Shown here: piece after piece, positions 20,297-30,179 of the stretch | Layout of the letters: every line of letters starts with the position of its first letter | Numbering within the stretch: the stretch's first letter is position 1 | NCBI GenBank assembly: GCA_047601445.1 | Contig: JASGJH010000001.1 | Coordinates: 1,696,001-1,760,000, forward strand | Direction of reading: 5' to 3' | DNA from: Myxococcales bacterium | GTDB taxonomy: Bacteria; Myxococcota_A; Polyangia; Polyangiales; DASUME01 | Length of the DNA stretch: 64,000 nt | The notes under the pieces: generated by a model | Databases searched by the model: none | Told to the model about the DNA's origin: nothing | Seen by the model: the letters and a program-made list of their open reading frames with translations, nothing else | Program-made: the position numbers and the translations under genes

Positions 20297-22819
20297 TCAG
20301 TGACCGCCGAGTTTCGCCTTGAAGAGATCGATTAGCGGCTGATTGATGATCCCATCGGTGGGCCACGTCGTGTTTGGATTGCTGCGGTAAACCGCGAAGT
20401 TCGGCTCGTGGTAGGCGTGGAACGTGAAGTGAACGTTGCGCGCCAGCAAGGTATCGAAGACGTCGTTCACCCAGGTTATCCCGCCGCGGTTGTCCTCGTA
20501 GCAGTGGTAGATGACGCCGAACTCGCCCAGGTACACCGGCACCTTGTTCAGAGCCGCCCAATTCAGCGTGTCGTCGATCTCCGCAGCGAGGGCGGCCTGG
20601 TTCCTGTGGGCAACCGCTCCTCCCTTCCAGAACTCGAGGCGCGCCATGGCTCGCGGGCACTGCGGGCGATTCTCTTCGGGATGCGGACGGCACATGTCCT
20701 GGCCCCATACAGCGTCGCCGCGCATCCACACCTCCACGCTGTAGGTATGGCCGGGCTTCGGCGTGAAGAAATGGGCCTGGTTGGTGAGGACCGCCCAGTG
20801 ATCGCTGTTGGCTATCGCGACGGATGTCGAGCCGCCGTGGGGCCCCGTCGATTCGGCGCTCTTGTCCCCGCTCGCTCCGGCCGGCTTCCACAGATCGAAG
20901 CCGGCGATCGTCTCGAGCGGATCGACCACGACGTTACGCACGAAGGCGCCGTTCGGTGCGAACTCCTTGACCACGAGGTCGTCGAAGTAGACCTTGCCAC
21001 CCGCGCGCTCGGCGGTGAGAGCGGGCCGCATCATCGTGGTAGTCGAAGCGTCCCACGCAAACCTCGCCGAGGTGTAGAGCTGCCATCCCGTGGTCCCAGA
21101 CGGAAGCTGCGGGGGCGGCGGGTTATCTCCGACGCCGATCAGCCCGGACTGTTCGTTCAACACGGGAAAATCGGCAGGGTAGCCGCGACCTTCCCCGAAG
21201 GAGGTCCAGTCCGCGAATTGGTGCGTGTACTCGATGGGCGAATAGAAATGGAACTGGTAGAGGATGTTGTCATCCTGCACCATGAAGAAGCTACCGCCGT
21301 TGATGGCCCGCTCGACGACGATGACATGCAGCGGATCCTCGACCCGGATGGCATTCACGATCCGCTGCGCGAGGTTGGGCCAATCCGCGGGGTTGGCCGG
21401 GGTCGCCTCGTTCAGGATGTCGTAGCCAGCGATCGTGGGCTCGTTCCGGTAGCGCCGGGCAATGGCCGCCCACATATCGATCAGGCGCTGCTGGGTGTTC
21501 ACGTTCGTCCAGAGCTCGGTGCCGCCGCCCGTCGATTGATAGCCACCCTGGGGGACGTGCACGTTCAAGACTAGATAGACGCCGTGGGCGCGGGCCCACT
21601 CGATGTTCTTGTCGATCCAGTCCCAACCGCTCTTCTTGTAGCGGCGTGGCAGCCCCGTGGTCCCTGGGGCGGGGTCGTCTTCGAGGAGCTGGTAGTTCAG
21701 GTAGAAGCGGACGGCGTTCATTCCCCACTGAGAGATGCGCGCGAAGTCGTCCTCGTTGTGGTGAAAAGCCGGCGGTTGAGTCGGCAAGCCCCACACGCTG
21801 TTCCCGAAGGCGACGCCGCGCAGCATGGTCTTCTGGCCGGCATCGTTCACGAGATCCTGGAGCTGGCGCTTCAACATCCGCGGAGAGCCCACGCGCCCGA
21901 TGCGATTCTGGCGACGCCCCACGTCCTCGTAGTGCTGGATGGCCCAGCGCCAGGAGGTGCCGTACTGAGCCGCCACGTCCGCATAGAGTTGCGAGTACTC
22001 CTTGACGTGAAAATCAGGCGCAGAGGGGCGCCCCTCGACCATGCCGGTGTCGAAGAAATGATGCAGCCCCAGCAGGTTCGTCGGATTCGCGGCGCGAAGC
22101 TCCGGGTTGATGCCGAGGTAGTACGCAGAGTGGATCGCGTAGCTCGCACGACGCCCTTCACCCACGCCGTGAACGAGCCAGTGCATCGTGGCGCCGTAGT
22201 CGTCGTAGTTCTCGGCGATGTCCGGGTTGTATTTCTTGTACTCGTCCAGATTGAAGAGCGGTGAGGTGAGGACGACTCGTCCGACGCGCCTCTCGATGGG
22301 GTAGCCGCGCGTGAGGTAGTGGTTTGCGGCCGCCACGTAGTTGATGCCGAAGGCCTTCTGGAGATCGGCGTAGATGCGAAGATACTCCTTCACGTAGAAA
22401 TCGTCGGCCGACGCGCGCCCCTCTTTCACGCCAGCGACCACGTAGTGGTTGACGTGCTGCGGCCAGCTCGCTGAGCCAGTGCCGTAGGCGGTGACCAAAT
22501 CCGGATTCAGCCGGGCGTAGGCCTGGACGTCGAAGGTCGAAGAGGCGCGTCGCCCCTCGCCAATGCCGGTCGTCCACCAGTGGGATTGGAGCTGCGCATC
22601 CGTCATCGAAGCCAGATCCGCATTTCTGGTTCGGTAATACTTCACGTTGAAGACGAACGGGCTGAACGCCTTCGCCTGATCGAGCGCGCTCTCGACACGG
22701 CCGACTTCTTCGAGGGGCTCGCTCGTCTCTTCATCCGGGCCGCAGCTACCAGCGGCGACGAGCACGACAACCAATAGGACTCGAGCGAGTCCCTCACGGG
22801 CGCGTTGGGTTTGGCTCAT
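20297..22819 (-). CDS. GH5 glycoside hydrolase lipoprotein with six N-terminal repeats and an inserted CBM-like domain
   Basis: Lipobox AAGSC. GH5 motifs MNAVRF, YDILNE (acid/base), FHFYSP and YLGEFG (nucleophile). Start placed at ATG 22819 (MSQTQ). Confidence 0.88.
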   Translation of the reverse strand: MSQTQRAREGLARVLLVVVLVAAGSCGPDEETSEPLEEVGRVESALDQAKAFSPFVFNVKYYRTRNADLASMTDAQLQSHWWTTGIGEGRRASSTFDVQAYARLNPDLVTAYGTGSASWPQHVNHYVVAGVKEGRASADDFYVKEYLRIYADLQKAFGINYVAAANHYLTRGYPIERRVGRVVLTSPLFNLDEYKKYNPDIAENYDDYGATMHWLVHGVGEGRRASYAIHSAYYLGINPELRAANPTNLLGLHHFFDTGMVEGRPSAPDFHVKEYSQLYADVAAQYGTSWRWAIQHYEDVGRRQNRIGRVGSPRMLKRQLQDLVNDAGQKTMLRGVAFGNSVWGLPTQPPAFHHNEDDFARISQWGMNAVRFYLNYQLLEDDPAPGTTGLPRRYKKSGWDWIDKNIEWARAHGVYLVLNVHVPQGGYQSTGGGTELWTNVNTQQRLIDMWAAIARRYRNEPTIAGYDILNEATPANPADWPNLAQRIVNAIRVEDPLHVIVVERAINGGSFFMVQDDNILYQFHFYSPIEYTHQFADWTSFGEGRGYPADFPVLNEQSGLIGVGDNPPPPQLPSGTTGWQLYTSARFAWDASTTTMMRPALTAERAGGKVYFDDLVVKEFAPNGAFVRNVVVDPLETIAGFDLWKPAGASGDKSAESTGPHGGSTSVAIANSDHWAVLTNQAHFFTPKPGHTYSVEVWMRGDAVWGQDMCRPHPEENRPQCPRAMARLEFWKGGAVAHRNQAALAAEIDDTLNWAALNKVPVYLGEFGVIYHCYEDNRGGITWVNDVFDTLLARNVHFTFHAYHEPNFAVYRSNPNTTWPTDGIINQPLIDLFKAKLGGH
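21890..22666 (-). repeat. Six protein-level repeats of about 43 aa, arranged ABC-ABC
   Basis: Consensus F..xxY...(N/Y)(P/A)DL....H(W/Y/F)...G..EGR. Units 1/4 end EGRRAS, 2/5 end EGR.SA, 3/6 end R.GRV. Confidence 0.8.
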
Positions 22820-23416
22820 TCCGCACGCGTAACAGGAGTGCATGCTGCTTGGGCGTAGCGTCACCCCGTATGACCGTGAGGTCCCACGGCCACGCTCGAC
22901 GCCATCCGTATCGACACGCGTGCCCAAATGGGGACGAACCAGGGCGCGCGCGATCCAGCGAAGCGCCGTGATGATGCCGCGCTCGAAGTTCTCACGCTGT
23001 TCGCGGTGCCCTGAGTTGACCCGGACGCGGAGGCACGAGCTCTACCTGCGCTTCCCCCGATCGAGTTCACGGTCCGCTCGAAGCAATCATGCACGACGCA
23101 CACCCTTGGCTCCCTGCGCGTACAGGCAGAGCCCTTCGGGTCGCACTGCTTTGGCGAGGCAGGCCACACTCGCTAGCGAGGTGCGCGCGGGGCCGGTTCC
23201 TTGCGCGCAAAACTTTACGAATCGCTGTGATGGCGATCACCAAGCCGCGCTAACACTTCCCGCTCAATAACGACAAAATGGGATCCGTGAAGCTCTCGAA
23301 TCCAGGACGCGCCTGCATCTCCCCCTACATTGGCGCCGCGGATCCGCAATCGAAATTGCGTGATTGACGCTCACTTTCTCAATAAGCTGACCAACAGTGA
23401 CTAGGAAGGACCCACG

Positions 23417-26398
23417 TTGGGCGCAATTCAGAATGCACTGAGACCGGCGCCCGAAGCCGCTCCCGCGCGACCGCATAGGCCCCGGCAGAAGAGGCCCGAG
23501 AGGTTACTGCGGAGGGCTCCGCTCAAATGGCTCGTACGTAACGCGCTCAGGGTCGTCGCAGGCAGCTGGCTGTTGACGCGCGCCTATCTGCTTTGGGTAT
23601 TGGTCCCCCCCCAGCAGCTGGTCACCTATACGAAGGCAGCCAATCTGTGGCTGCAGGGCCAGGCTCCCTATCTCGACTTCCCGGTCCCCTACGCACCCGG
23701 CATGTTGGTGCTGTCGACCGTACCGCAACTGCTCGCGAACCAGGTCTCCTACGAGCACCTGTTTGCAGGGCTCATGCTGCTGTTCGACTTGGCGATCGTG
23801 TTCGTGCTGTGGCGACTGCCCACGGCTGTGTTCGGCGAGAGCGTCGGGTCGAAGAATCAGGCCGCGGCGCGCAACCGGTATCGATCGCTGGTCACGGTCG
23901 TCGGCTATCTGGGGCTGACGGCCGTGGCGGGGCCGTTCGGCCTCAGCAGCTTCGAGCTGGTGCCGGCGTTCTTCACGGTCGCCTTCCTGTCGGCGGCCCT
24001 GAGTCGCAAGCGTAACCGGTGGCTGCCCGAGCTGCTGCTCGCGCTCGGCATCTGGGTCGACCTGGTTCCGCTGGTTCTCCTGCTGCCATTTGCGGCGCTA
24101 CGCCTGGCCCGTACCCGAAGGCCTGCGAGCGGACCCCACGAGGGCTCGATCCCGGAGATGAGCGGGCCGCGAGTCAAGAGGGCTCGCGGCCCGGCCCGCA
24201 GGCTCGCGCAAAGCGCTGCCACGCTGGCCGTGTTTCTGGTCGCCCTTTTCTGGCCGTTCTACCAGCTGGCTGGCTCGGACCTCTGGCAGTTCTTGCCCGG
24301 CGAGTCGAATGCCGGCCTCGGCCTCGAAAGCCTCTACGCGAGCGTCGCCATGCTCGCCCAAAAGGTGTTCTCGCTGTCCGAGCCGGTGCGCACCACGTAC
24401 TCCGCGAAGGGGCTCGAGCTCACGGGACCTCTCGCCAGCTCGCTGGCGTCGGCATCCGTGTGGGTGGTCGGCCTGGGCCAGCTGGCGGCAGGCGCGTGGT
24501 TCGCCGTGCGGGTTTGCCGAGCGCGGCCAGAGGCGCGAAACGTCGTGTTCGCGCAGGCGGCCCTGGCCCAGCTCCTCTCGCTGCTCGTTCTGCACAGAGC
24601 CTCTTCATCAGAACGCCTGCTCTGGGTGGCCCCGCTGTGCGCGCTCTTTTTCGGGCAGCCGAATCGCCTGGCACCGCGTCTCACCACCCAGGCATTTGCT
24701 ATTTTCGCCCTCGGCTGGGTGACTCTGCGCTTCCATGCGCCCGAGCTGAGAGGCCTCGAGCTGCTCCCGGCACTGCTGGTGGGCGCGCGCTATGCGCTCT
24801 TGGGCCTGACCTTCGTGCAGCTGCTGGGGCCGGAGCCAGCCGCCCCGACCGCGGCACACAGCCGCGCCCAGCGCCCATGGACCCGGGCCCTCCCCTACCT
24901 GACGGCCACGCTCTTCCTGGCCTGGACCGTGGCGGCGAGTCTGAGCGACGAGACGGACTCCGACATCTTCTTTCACATGAAGGTCGCCGAAGACATCTTC
25001 GCGTCCTTCACCTTCCCCACCCTCGACGGCTACTCGGCGACAGCGGCTGGGCGTCCCTTCGTGGCGCACGAGTGGCTCTCCGGGTCGATCTTCCTGTGGA
25101 CGCTGAACCTTTTCGGGCCCTCCGGGCTCAGCTGGCTGGTGGCGCTGCTCGCCTCCGGCTGCGCGGCGCTGATGTTCTCGACCCTGCCCAAGCGCCTTCG
25201 CAACAACGTGCTCGCGCTCCCGCTGTTGATGCTGTGCACGTACATGTTCTTGACGCGCGCGTACATGCGGCCACACATGTTCTCGCTCGTGCTCGAGGCG
25301 CTGCTCGTGGGCAGCCTCGAACGCTGGCGCGTCACGCGCTCGTGGCGCAGCTTGGTGTGGCTGGTGCCGATGCAGGTCCTCTGGATCAACCTGCATGGAG
25401 GCGCGCTCCTCGCGCCGACGCTGGTGGGCGTGGTGTTCGGCGCAGTGGCGCTGTGCGTGGTCTTTCCGCGACTCCAAAGCAGCCATCCAGACGACGCAGC
25501 GTTCACCTGGGACCACGTGCGCCAGCTGTTCTGGCTCGAGCTGGCGATGCTGGCCGCAACGCTCGTGAATCCCTACGGGATCGGCATATTCTTGTTCGCC
25601 ATCAGGCTGGGGTCCGGGCCTGAATACGTGACGCAGATGGTGACCGAGTGGCGGCCGACCCTGCACCTCGCCAACCGCCTCGACTATTGGTTCTGGCCGT
25701 ACCTGGCCTACATGGCGGTGCTGGCCTGTTGCCTGATCGCTCGTCGGCGCGAGAAGCCGGTGGTCGATGTCTTTCTGGCCCTGACGCTCGCCTGGATTTC
25801 GTTGCGCGCCCGGCGCTTTTTGGGTGAGTTCGCCGTGCTCACGTTCCCCATCATGGCGCGCTCCATCTACCGAGCCCTCGACTCCAAGGTGAGGCCGCGG
25901 TTTTGGCTGCCGCGCCATGGCTTCAACATCGCGCTGGCCGCATTGATGCTCGCCACCACGCTGCGCCACGGGTTCGCCGTCAACATGTTCGCCCGGCGCC
26001 ACCTCGGAATCGGCATGCAGGGCGACCTCGCCTACGACGAGATCGCGTCCCTCAAGGCGATGGACCTGAGCGGAGCGATCATGAACGACTACGAAGACGG
26101 GGGACTCATCATTCGCGAGCTCGGTCCCAAGCTCCGGCCCGTGATGGACCCGCGCATCGACATCTATGGCGCCGAGCTGGTCGAGGAGTGGGTCGCCGCG
26201 TCGCTCTCCGTGGATGCATTCGTGGCCTATGCCGACAAATACGGCGTCAATGCTGTCTTGAGGAAGCGGTTCATGATGCGCCAGGACGAAGTGAGGGCAT
26301 ACCTCGCGAGCAGTCCCGACTGGCAGCTGTTGCCTTCGAGTCACGGTCGGTATCTCTACGTGCGCAAGGAACCGCTCGGCGCGGCAGGCCACCCCTAG
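23417..26398 (+). CDS. Polytopic membrane protein with two GT-C-like glycosyltransferase domains
   Basis: N-half resembles GT87/DUF2029 (G.APYLDF). C-half has DSDIFFH, HEWLS, RPHMFS, WINLHGG, EWRP and DPRIDIYG. AGGAAGGA precedes the TTG start. Confidence 0.7.
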   Translation: MGAIQNALRPAPEAAPARPHRPRQKRPERLLRRAPLKWLVRNALRVVAGSWLLTRAYLLWVLVPPQQLVTYTKAANLWLQGQAPYLDFPVPYAPGMLVLSTVPQLLANQVSYEHLFAGLMLLFDLAIVFVLWRLPTAVFGESVGSKNQAAARNRYRSLVTVVGYLGLTAVAGPFGLSSFELVPAFFTVAFLSAALSRKRNRWLPELLLALGIWVDLVPLVLLLPFAALRLARTRRPASGPHEGSIPEMSGPRVKRARGPARRLAQSAATLAVFLVALFWPFYQLAGSDLWQFLPGESNAGLGLESLYASVAMLAQKVFSLSEPVRTTYSAKGLELTGPLASSLASASVWVVGLGQLAAGAWFAVRVCRARPEARNVVFAQAALAQLLSLLVLHRASSSERLLWVAPLCALFFGQPNRLAPRLTTQAFAIFALGWVTLRFHAPELRGLELLPALLVGARYALLGLTFVQLLGPEPAAPTAAHSRAQRPWTRALPYLTATLFLAWTVAASLSDETDSDIFFHMKVAEDIFASFTFPTLDGYSATAAGRPFVAHEWLSGSIFLWTLNLFGPSGLSWLVALLASGCAALMFSTLPKRLRNNVLALPLLMLCTYMFLTRAYMRPHMFSLVLEALLVGSLERWRVTRSWRSLVWLVPMQVLWINLHGGALLAPTLVGVVFGAVALCVVFPRLQSSHPDDAAFTWDHVRQLFWLELAMLAATLVNPYGIGIFLFAIRLGSGPEYVTQMVTEWRPTLHLANRLDYWFWPYLAYMAVLACCLIARRREKPVVDVFLALTLAWISLRARRFLGEFAVLTFPIMARSIYRALDSKVRPRFWLPRHGFNIALAALMLATTLRHGFAVNMFARRHLGIGMQGDLAYDEIASLKAMDLSGAIMNDYEDGGLIIRELGPKLRPVMDPRIDIYGAELVEEWVAASLSVDAFVAYADKYGVNAVLRKRFMMRQDEVRAYLASSPDWQLLPSSHGRYLYVRKEPLGAAGHP

Positions 26399-26668
26399 CT
26401 GCGGTGCGATCCGACCGCGTGCCTGCGCACGAGCACGCTGCCGTCGGGCCCGCATGACGACCTAGCCCGGCCAACGTGACGGACCCAAGGTGACCTCACC
26501 GGGCTGCGGCTGGTCGTCGGCGTCCCCAGAGGGCCCTTATCAGCCCCCTCAGCCTGCTCGAATTGAGTCGGCTGGCACGGACGCGGGGGGTCGACGCTGG
26601 CCGATCCGGCGTCAGCCGGCTGGTCGGCAGGCCGAAAACAGAGCAGGATGGCCCCTTCATCGGGAGCT

Positions 26669-27784
26669 ATGACGCAGCACGACCGTGACCGGGCTTGGGC
26701 GGACTGGGCCATGCGCTTGATCGCGGCCGACTTCCGACGGTCGGCCGATACCAATCTGTTGCCGGTACACGTGCCGGGCTTCCCGGGCATCAAGCTCTAC
26801 CTCAAAGACGAATCGACCCACGTCACGGGTAGCCTGAAGCACCGCCTGGCGCGCGCACTCTTCCTCTACGCGCTGGCGAATGGGAACTTGCGTGAGGGCA
26901 CCCTGGTGGTCGAGGCGTCGTCTGGGAGCACGGCCATCTCGGAGGCTTACTTCGCCCGCCTGCTGAAGCTACCTTTCGTGGCGGTGATGCCCGCGGCGAC
27001 CTCCAAGGAGAAGGTGGCCATCATCGAGTCCTATGGGGCGCGCTGCCACCTGGTCGATGATCCCACAACGGTCTACGCGGTGGCCGCGCGGATCGCAGGC
27101 GAGGCACGTGGCCACTACATGGATCAGTTTACGTTCGCCGAGCGAGCCACCGATTGGCGCGGCAACAACAACATCGCCGAGAGCATTTTCCAGCAGATGT
27201 CCGAGGAGGAGCATCCCGTGCCACGCTGGCTCGTGGTGGGCGCGGGGACGGGCGGCACGGCGACCACGCTAGGGCGCTACATCCGTTACCGCAATTACGC
27301 CACGCAGCTGTGCGCGGTGGACCCCGAACACTCGGTCACCTTCGACTACTACCGCACGGGAAACGCCGCGCTGCAATCCGAGCGCTCTTCGGGCATCGAA
27401 GGCATCGGGCGCCCACGAGTCGAACCGTCCTTCGTGCGCACCGTGATCCACCGCATGATCAAAGTACCCGATGCGGCCTCCTACGCGGCAATGTTCTTCC
27501 TGGCCAAGCTGATCGGCAAACGCACGGGGCCTTCCACGGGAACGAACCTGTGGGCGGCCTTCGAGTTGATGTGCGAGATGGCCGCCGCGGGGGAGCAGGG
27601 GTCCGTCGTCACGTTGATCTGCGACTCGGGCGAGCGCTACTTGCAGACCTACTACAGCGACGTGTGGATGGCGCAGAAGAAGATCGACCTACGCGCATGG
27701 CGTCGCCAGCTCAAGTCGGCCTCCGAGACCGGCACCTGGGAGTCGCTCGTTCCTAGCGCAACCCTGGACGACCTTGAAAGGTGA
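26669..27784 (+). CDS. cds1: PLP-dependent L-cysteine desulfhydrase Cds1 (cysteine synthase-like family)
   Basis: [30 protein letters not shown] signature, [27 protein letters not shown] precedes ATG 26669. Confidence 0.8.
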   Translation: MTQHDRDRAWADWAMRLIAADFRRSADTNLLPVHVPGFPGIKLYLKDESTHVTGSLKHRLARALFLYALANGNLREGTLVVEASSGSTAISEAYFARLLKLPFVAVMPAATSKEKVAIIESYGARCHLVDDPTTVYAVAARIAGEARGHYMDQFTFAERATDWRGNNNIAESIFQQMSEEEHPVPRWLVVGAGTGGTATTLGRYIRYRNYATQLCAVDPEHSVTFDYYRTGNAALQSERSSGIEGIGRPRVEPSFVRTVIHRMIKVPDAASYAAMFFLAKLIGKRTGPSTGTNLWAAFELMCEMAAAGEQGSVVTLICDSGERYLQTYYSDVWMAQKKIDLRAWRRQLKSASETGTWESLVPSATLDDLER

Positions 27785-27791
27785 GAGGGGC

Positions 27792-28163
27792 ATGGCGAAG
27801 ATCCTTCTGATTGAAGACAACGAAATGAACCGCGATATGCTCTCTCGCCGGCTAGTCCGCAGAGGGCACGAGGTCTCGCTGGCATTCGACGGACGACAGG
27901 GCCTCGACAAGGCGCAGCGCGAGCTCCCCGATCTCGTTCTGATGGACATTAGCCTCCCCGAGATCGATGGTTGGGAGGCAACCCGCCGCTTGCGCGCGAA
28001 TCCCACGACGGCGGGTATCCCGGTGATCGCACTGACGGCCCATGCCTTGGAGACCGATCGCGCGACGTCGCTGGAGGCGGGCTGCGACGACTACGACACC
28101 AAGCCCGTGGAGCTAGAGCGCCTGTTGGGCAAGATGGACGCGTTGCTCGCGCGCAAGCGCTGA
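27792..28163 (+). CDS. Single-domain response regulator (DivK-like)
   Basis: ILLIEDNEMN, LMDISLP (phospho-Asp), ALTAHA, GCDDYDTKP. Confidence 0.92.
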   Translation: MAKILLIEDNEMNRDMLSRRLVRRGHEVSLAFDGRQGLDKAQRELPDLVLMDISLPEIDGWEATRRLRANPTTAGIPVIALTAHALETDRATSLEAGCDDYDTKPVELERLLGKMDALLARKR

Positions 28164-28166
28164 CCG

Positions 28167-29375
28167 ATGCCGGGCCCTGCGGCATTTCTCGTGCAGATGC
28201 GCCACGAGCTGCGCAACCCGGTGAATGCCATCCTGGGCTACAGCCAGCTCTTGCTCGAGGAGGCTGATGGCGATGCGCTCGATGCCGAGGCGCGCCGCGA
28301 CATCTTGCGTATCGAGGACGCCGGTCGCCAGCTGCTGCGGGTGATCAACGAGATCCTCGATCCCGTGGGGTCCCTCGAGCAGGACGTCGCCGTGATCGGG
28401 GCACGCCTGCGCCATGCGGTACGCACCCCGGTGACGAGCGTGCAGGGATACGTCGAGATGATCCTCGAGCAGGAAAACGAGGACACTCCCCTTGCCAAAG
28501 ACCTGCTGCGGATTCACCAGGCCGCGGGCACGCTGGTCGAGCTGACCAACTCCATGGAGAGGCTGTACCTGTTGCGCACCGGCGCGAGCGCCAACATCGA
28601 ACCGGGCGAGAGCTCGGCCGAGGCCATCCAAGTGGCCAGCACGCTGGAGCAACTTCCCAAGGACACCACGCGCGCAGGACTCTTGCTGGTGATCGACGAC
28701 GAGGAGCCCAATCGCTCGCTGCTTCAGCGCAGGTTGGCCCTACAAGGGCACGACGTGTTGCTGGCCGCGAGTGGTGAGGAGGGACTCACGTTGGCCGAGA
28801 GTTACCCGGTGGACGTGATCCTGCTCGATATCATGATGCCCGGCCTCAACGGCTATGAAGTGCTCGCGCGCATCAAGGCGAGCGCACGTCTGCGCGAGAT
28901 CCCGGTGCTGATGACGACCGCGCTCGACGAACCTGCCAGCATCAGCGCCTGCCTCCAACTGGGTGCCGAGGACTACCTTGCCAAGCCGTTCGAGCCCGTC
29001 GTGCTGCGGGCACGTGTCTCGTCTTGCCTGGCGCGCAAACGTGCGCGCAGCTTCGAGCTCGACTACCTGCGCGGTGTCGCCGCGGTGACCTCGGCGGCGG
29101 TGGCCGTGGAGAGCGGTTCGTTCGATCCCGCCTCTTTGGATGAAGTCGGGCAGAGGCCCGACGCCCTGGGCAACCTGGCCCGACTCTTTCGGCGAGTTGG
29201 AGTCGAGGTCGCCGCGCGCGAGCGCCGTCTACGCGAACGCGTGGAGCAGCTGAAGATCGAGATCGATCACCACAAGAAGGCGACGCAGGTCGCCGAGATT
29301 ACCGAGTCGGACTACTTTCGTGGCCTGCGCGAGCAGGTGCGCGGACTCGCCGCGCGTCGGAAAGACCGCCCATGA
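28167..29375 (+). CDS. Signalling protein: two HisKA/DHp-like segments, REC, HAMP and a C-terminal coiled tail
   Basis: HELRNPVNAILGY and HAVRTPVTSVQGY; REC (IDDE, LLDIMMP, AKP); HAMP-like RPDALGNLARLF; tail EIDHHKKATQVAEITESDYF. No HATPase domain. Confidence 0.8.
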   Translation: MPGPAAFLVQMRHELRNPVNAILGYSQLLLEEADGDALDAEARRDILRIEDAGRQLLRVINEILDPVGSLEQDVAVIGARLRHAVRTPVTSVQGYVEMILEQENEDTPLAKDLLRIHQAAGTLVELTNSMERLYLLRTGASANIEPGESSAEAIQVASTLEQLPKDTTRAGLLLVIDDEEPNRSLLQRRLALQGHDVLLAASGEEGLTLAESYPVDVILLDIMMPGLNGYEVLARIKASARLREIPVLMTTALDEPASISACLQLGAEDYLAKPFEPVVLRARVSSCLARKRARSFELDYLRGVAAVTSAAVAVESGSFDPASLDEVGQRPDALGNLARLFRRVGVEVAARERRLRERVEQLKIEIDHHKKATQVAEITESDYFRGLREQVRGLAARRKDRP

Positions 29376-29423
29376 CTCAACGCGACCCCGCTAGCCCGCG
29401 TCAGGCCCGCATCAGGAGGTAGC

Positions 29424-30176
29424 ATGTCGAAGATCGTCTCCATCCACTCGTATCGGGGCGGCACCGGAAAGTCGAACCTCACGGCTAACCTGGCGGCAGC
29501 GCTCGCGGGCCTGGGCAAGCGCGTGGCCGTGGTCGACACGGACATTCAATCCCCTGGCATCCACATGTTGTTCGGGCTCTCGGACATGGACGAGCTCAAG
29601 ACGCTCAACGACTACCTCTGGGGACGCTGCGCCATCCGCGAGACTGCAGTCGACGTCACCCCTACCTCCCTCGATGGCACGGGGGGCAAGGTGTGGCTAG
29701 TCCCCTCGAGCCTCAAAGCTGGCGAGATCGCCAAGGTGCTGCGCGAGGGCTACGACGTCGGGCTACTCAACGATGGCTTCCGTGACCTGATGGACGAGCT
29801 CGAGCTCGATCACTTGCTGATCGACACGCACCCAGGGCTGAACGAGGAGACCTTGCTCTCGATTGCCATCTCCGACGAGCTCGTCGTCTTGCTGCGCCCA
29901 GATCGCCAGGATTTTCAGGGCACGGCGGTCACGGTGGAGGTCGCACGCAAGCTCGAGGTCACCCAGCTCGTGATGGTGCTCAACAAGGTACTGCCCAGCG
30001 TTCTCGAGCGCGGCTTCGTGGCAGAAGTCGAGCGTGCGTACGGAGCGCCCGTGATCGGCGTCTTGCCAGAGTCGAGCGAGATGCTGGAGCTTGGCAGCAG
30101 CGCCTTGTTCAGCCTGCGTTTTCCAGACCATCCGCTCAGCCGCGAGATGAGGCGGGTTGCGGCGCAACTAGTCTAG
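29424..30176 (+). CDS. MinD/ParA-family ATPase
   Basis: Deviant Walker A SYRGGTGKSN, DTDIQSPG, IDTHPG, VLNKV. AGGAGG RBS. Confidence 0.9.
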   Translation: MSKIVSIHSYRGGTGKSNLTANLAAALAGLGKRVAVVDTDIQSPGIHMLFGLSDMDELKTLNDYLWGRCAIRETAVDVTPTSLDGTGGKVWLVPSSLKAGEIAKVLREGYDVGLLNDGFRDLMDELELDHLLIDTHPGLNEETLLSIAISDELVVLLRPDRQDFQGTAVTVEVARKLEVTQLVMVLNKVLPSVLERGFVAEVERAYGAPVIGVLPESSEMLELGSSALFSLRFPDHPLSREMRRVAAQLV

Positions 30177-30179
30177 AGG

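Noticed and set aside
29424..30176. Canonical minD, parA or flhG gene symbol
   Set aside because: No minC/minE, parB or flhF nearby, and the Walker A is an RGG variant. Family-level call only.
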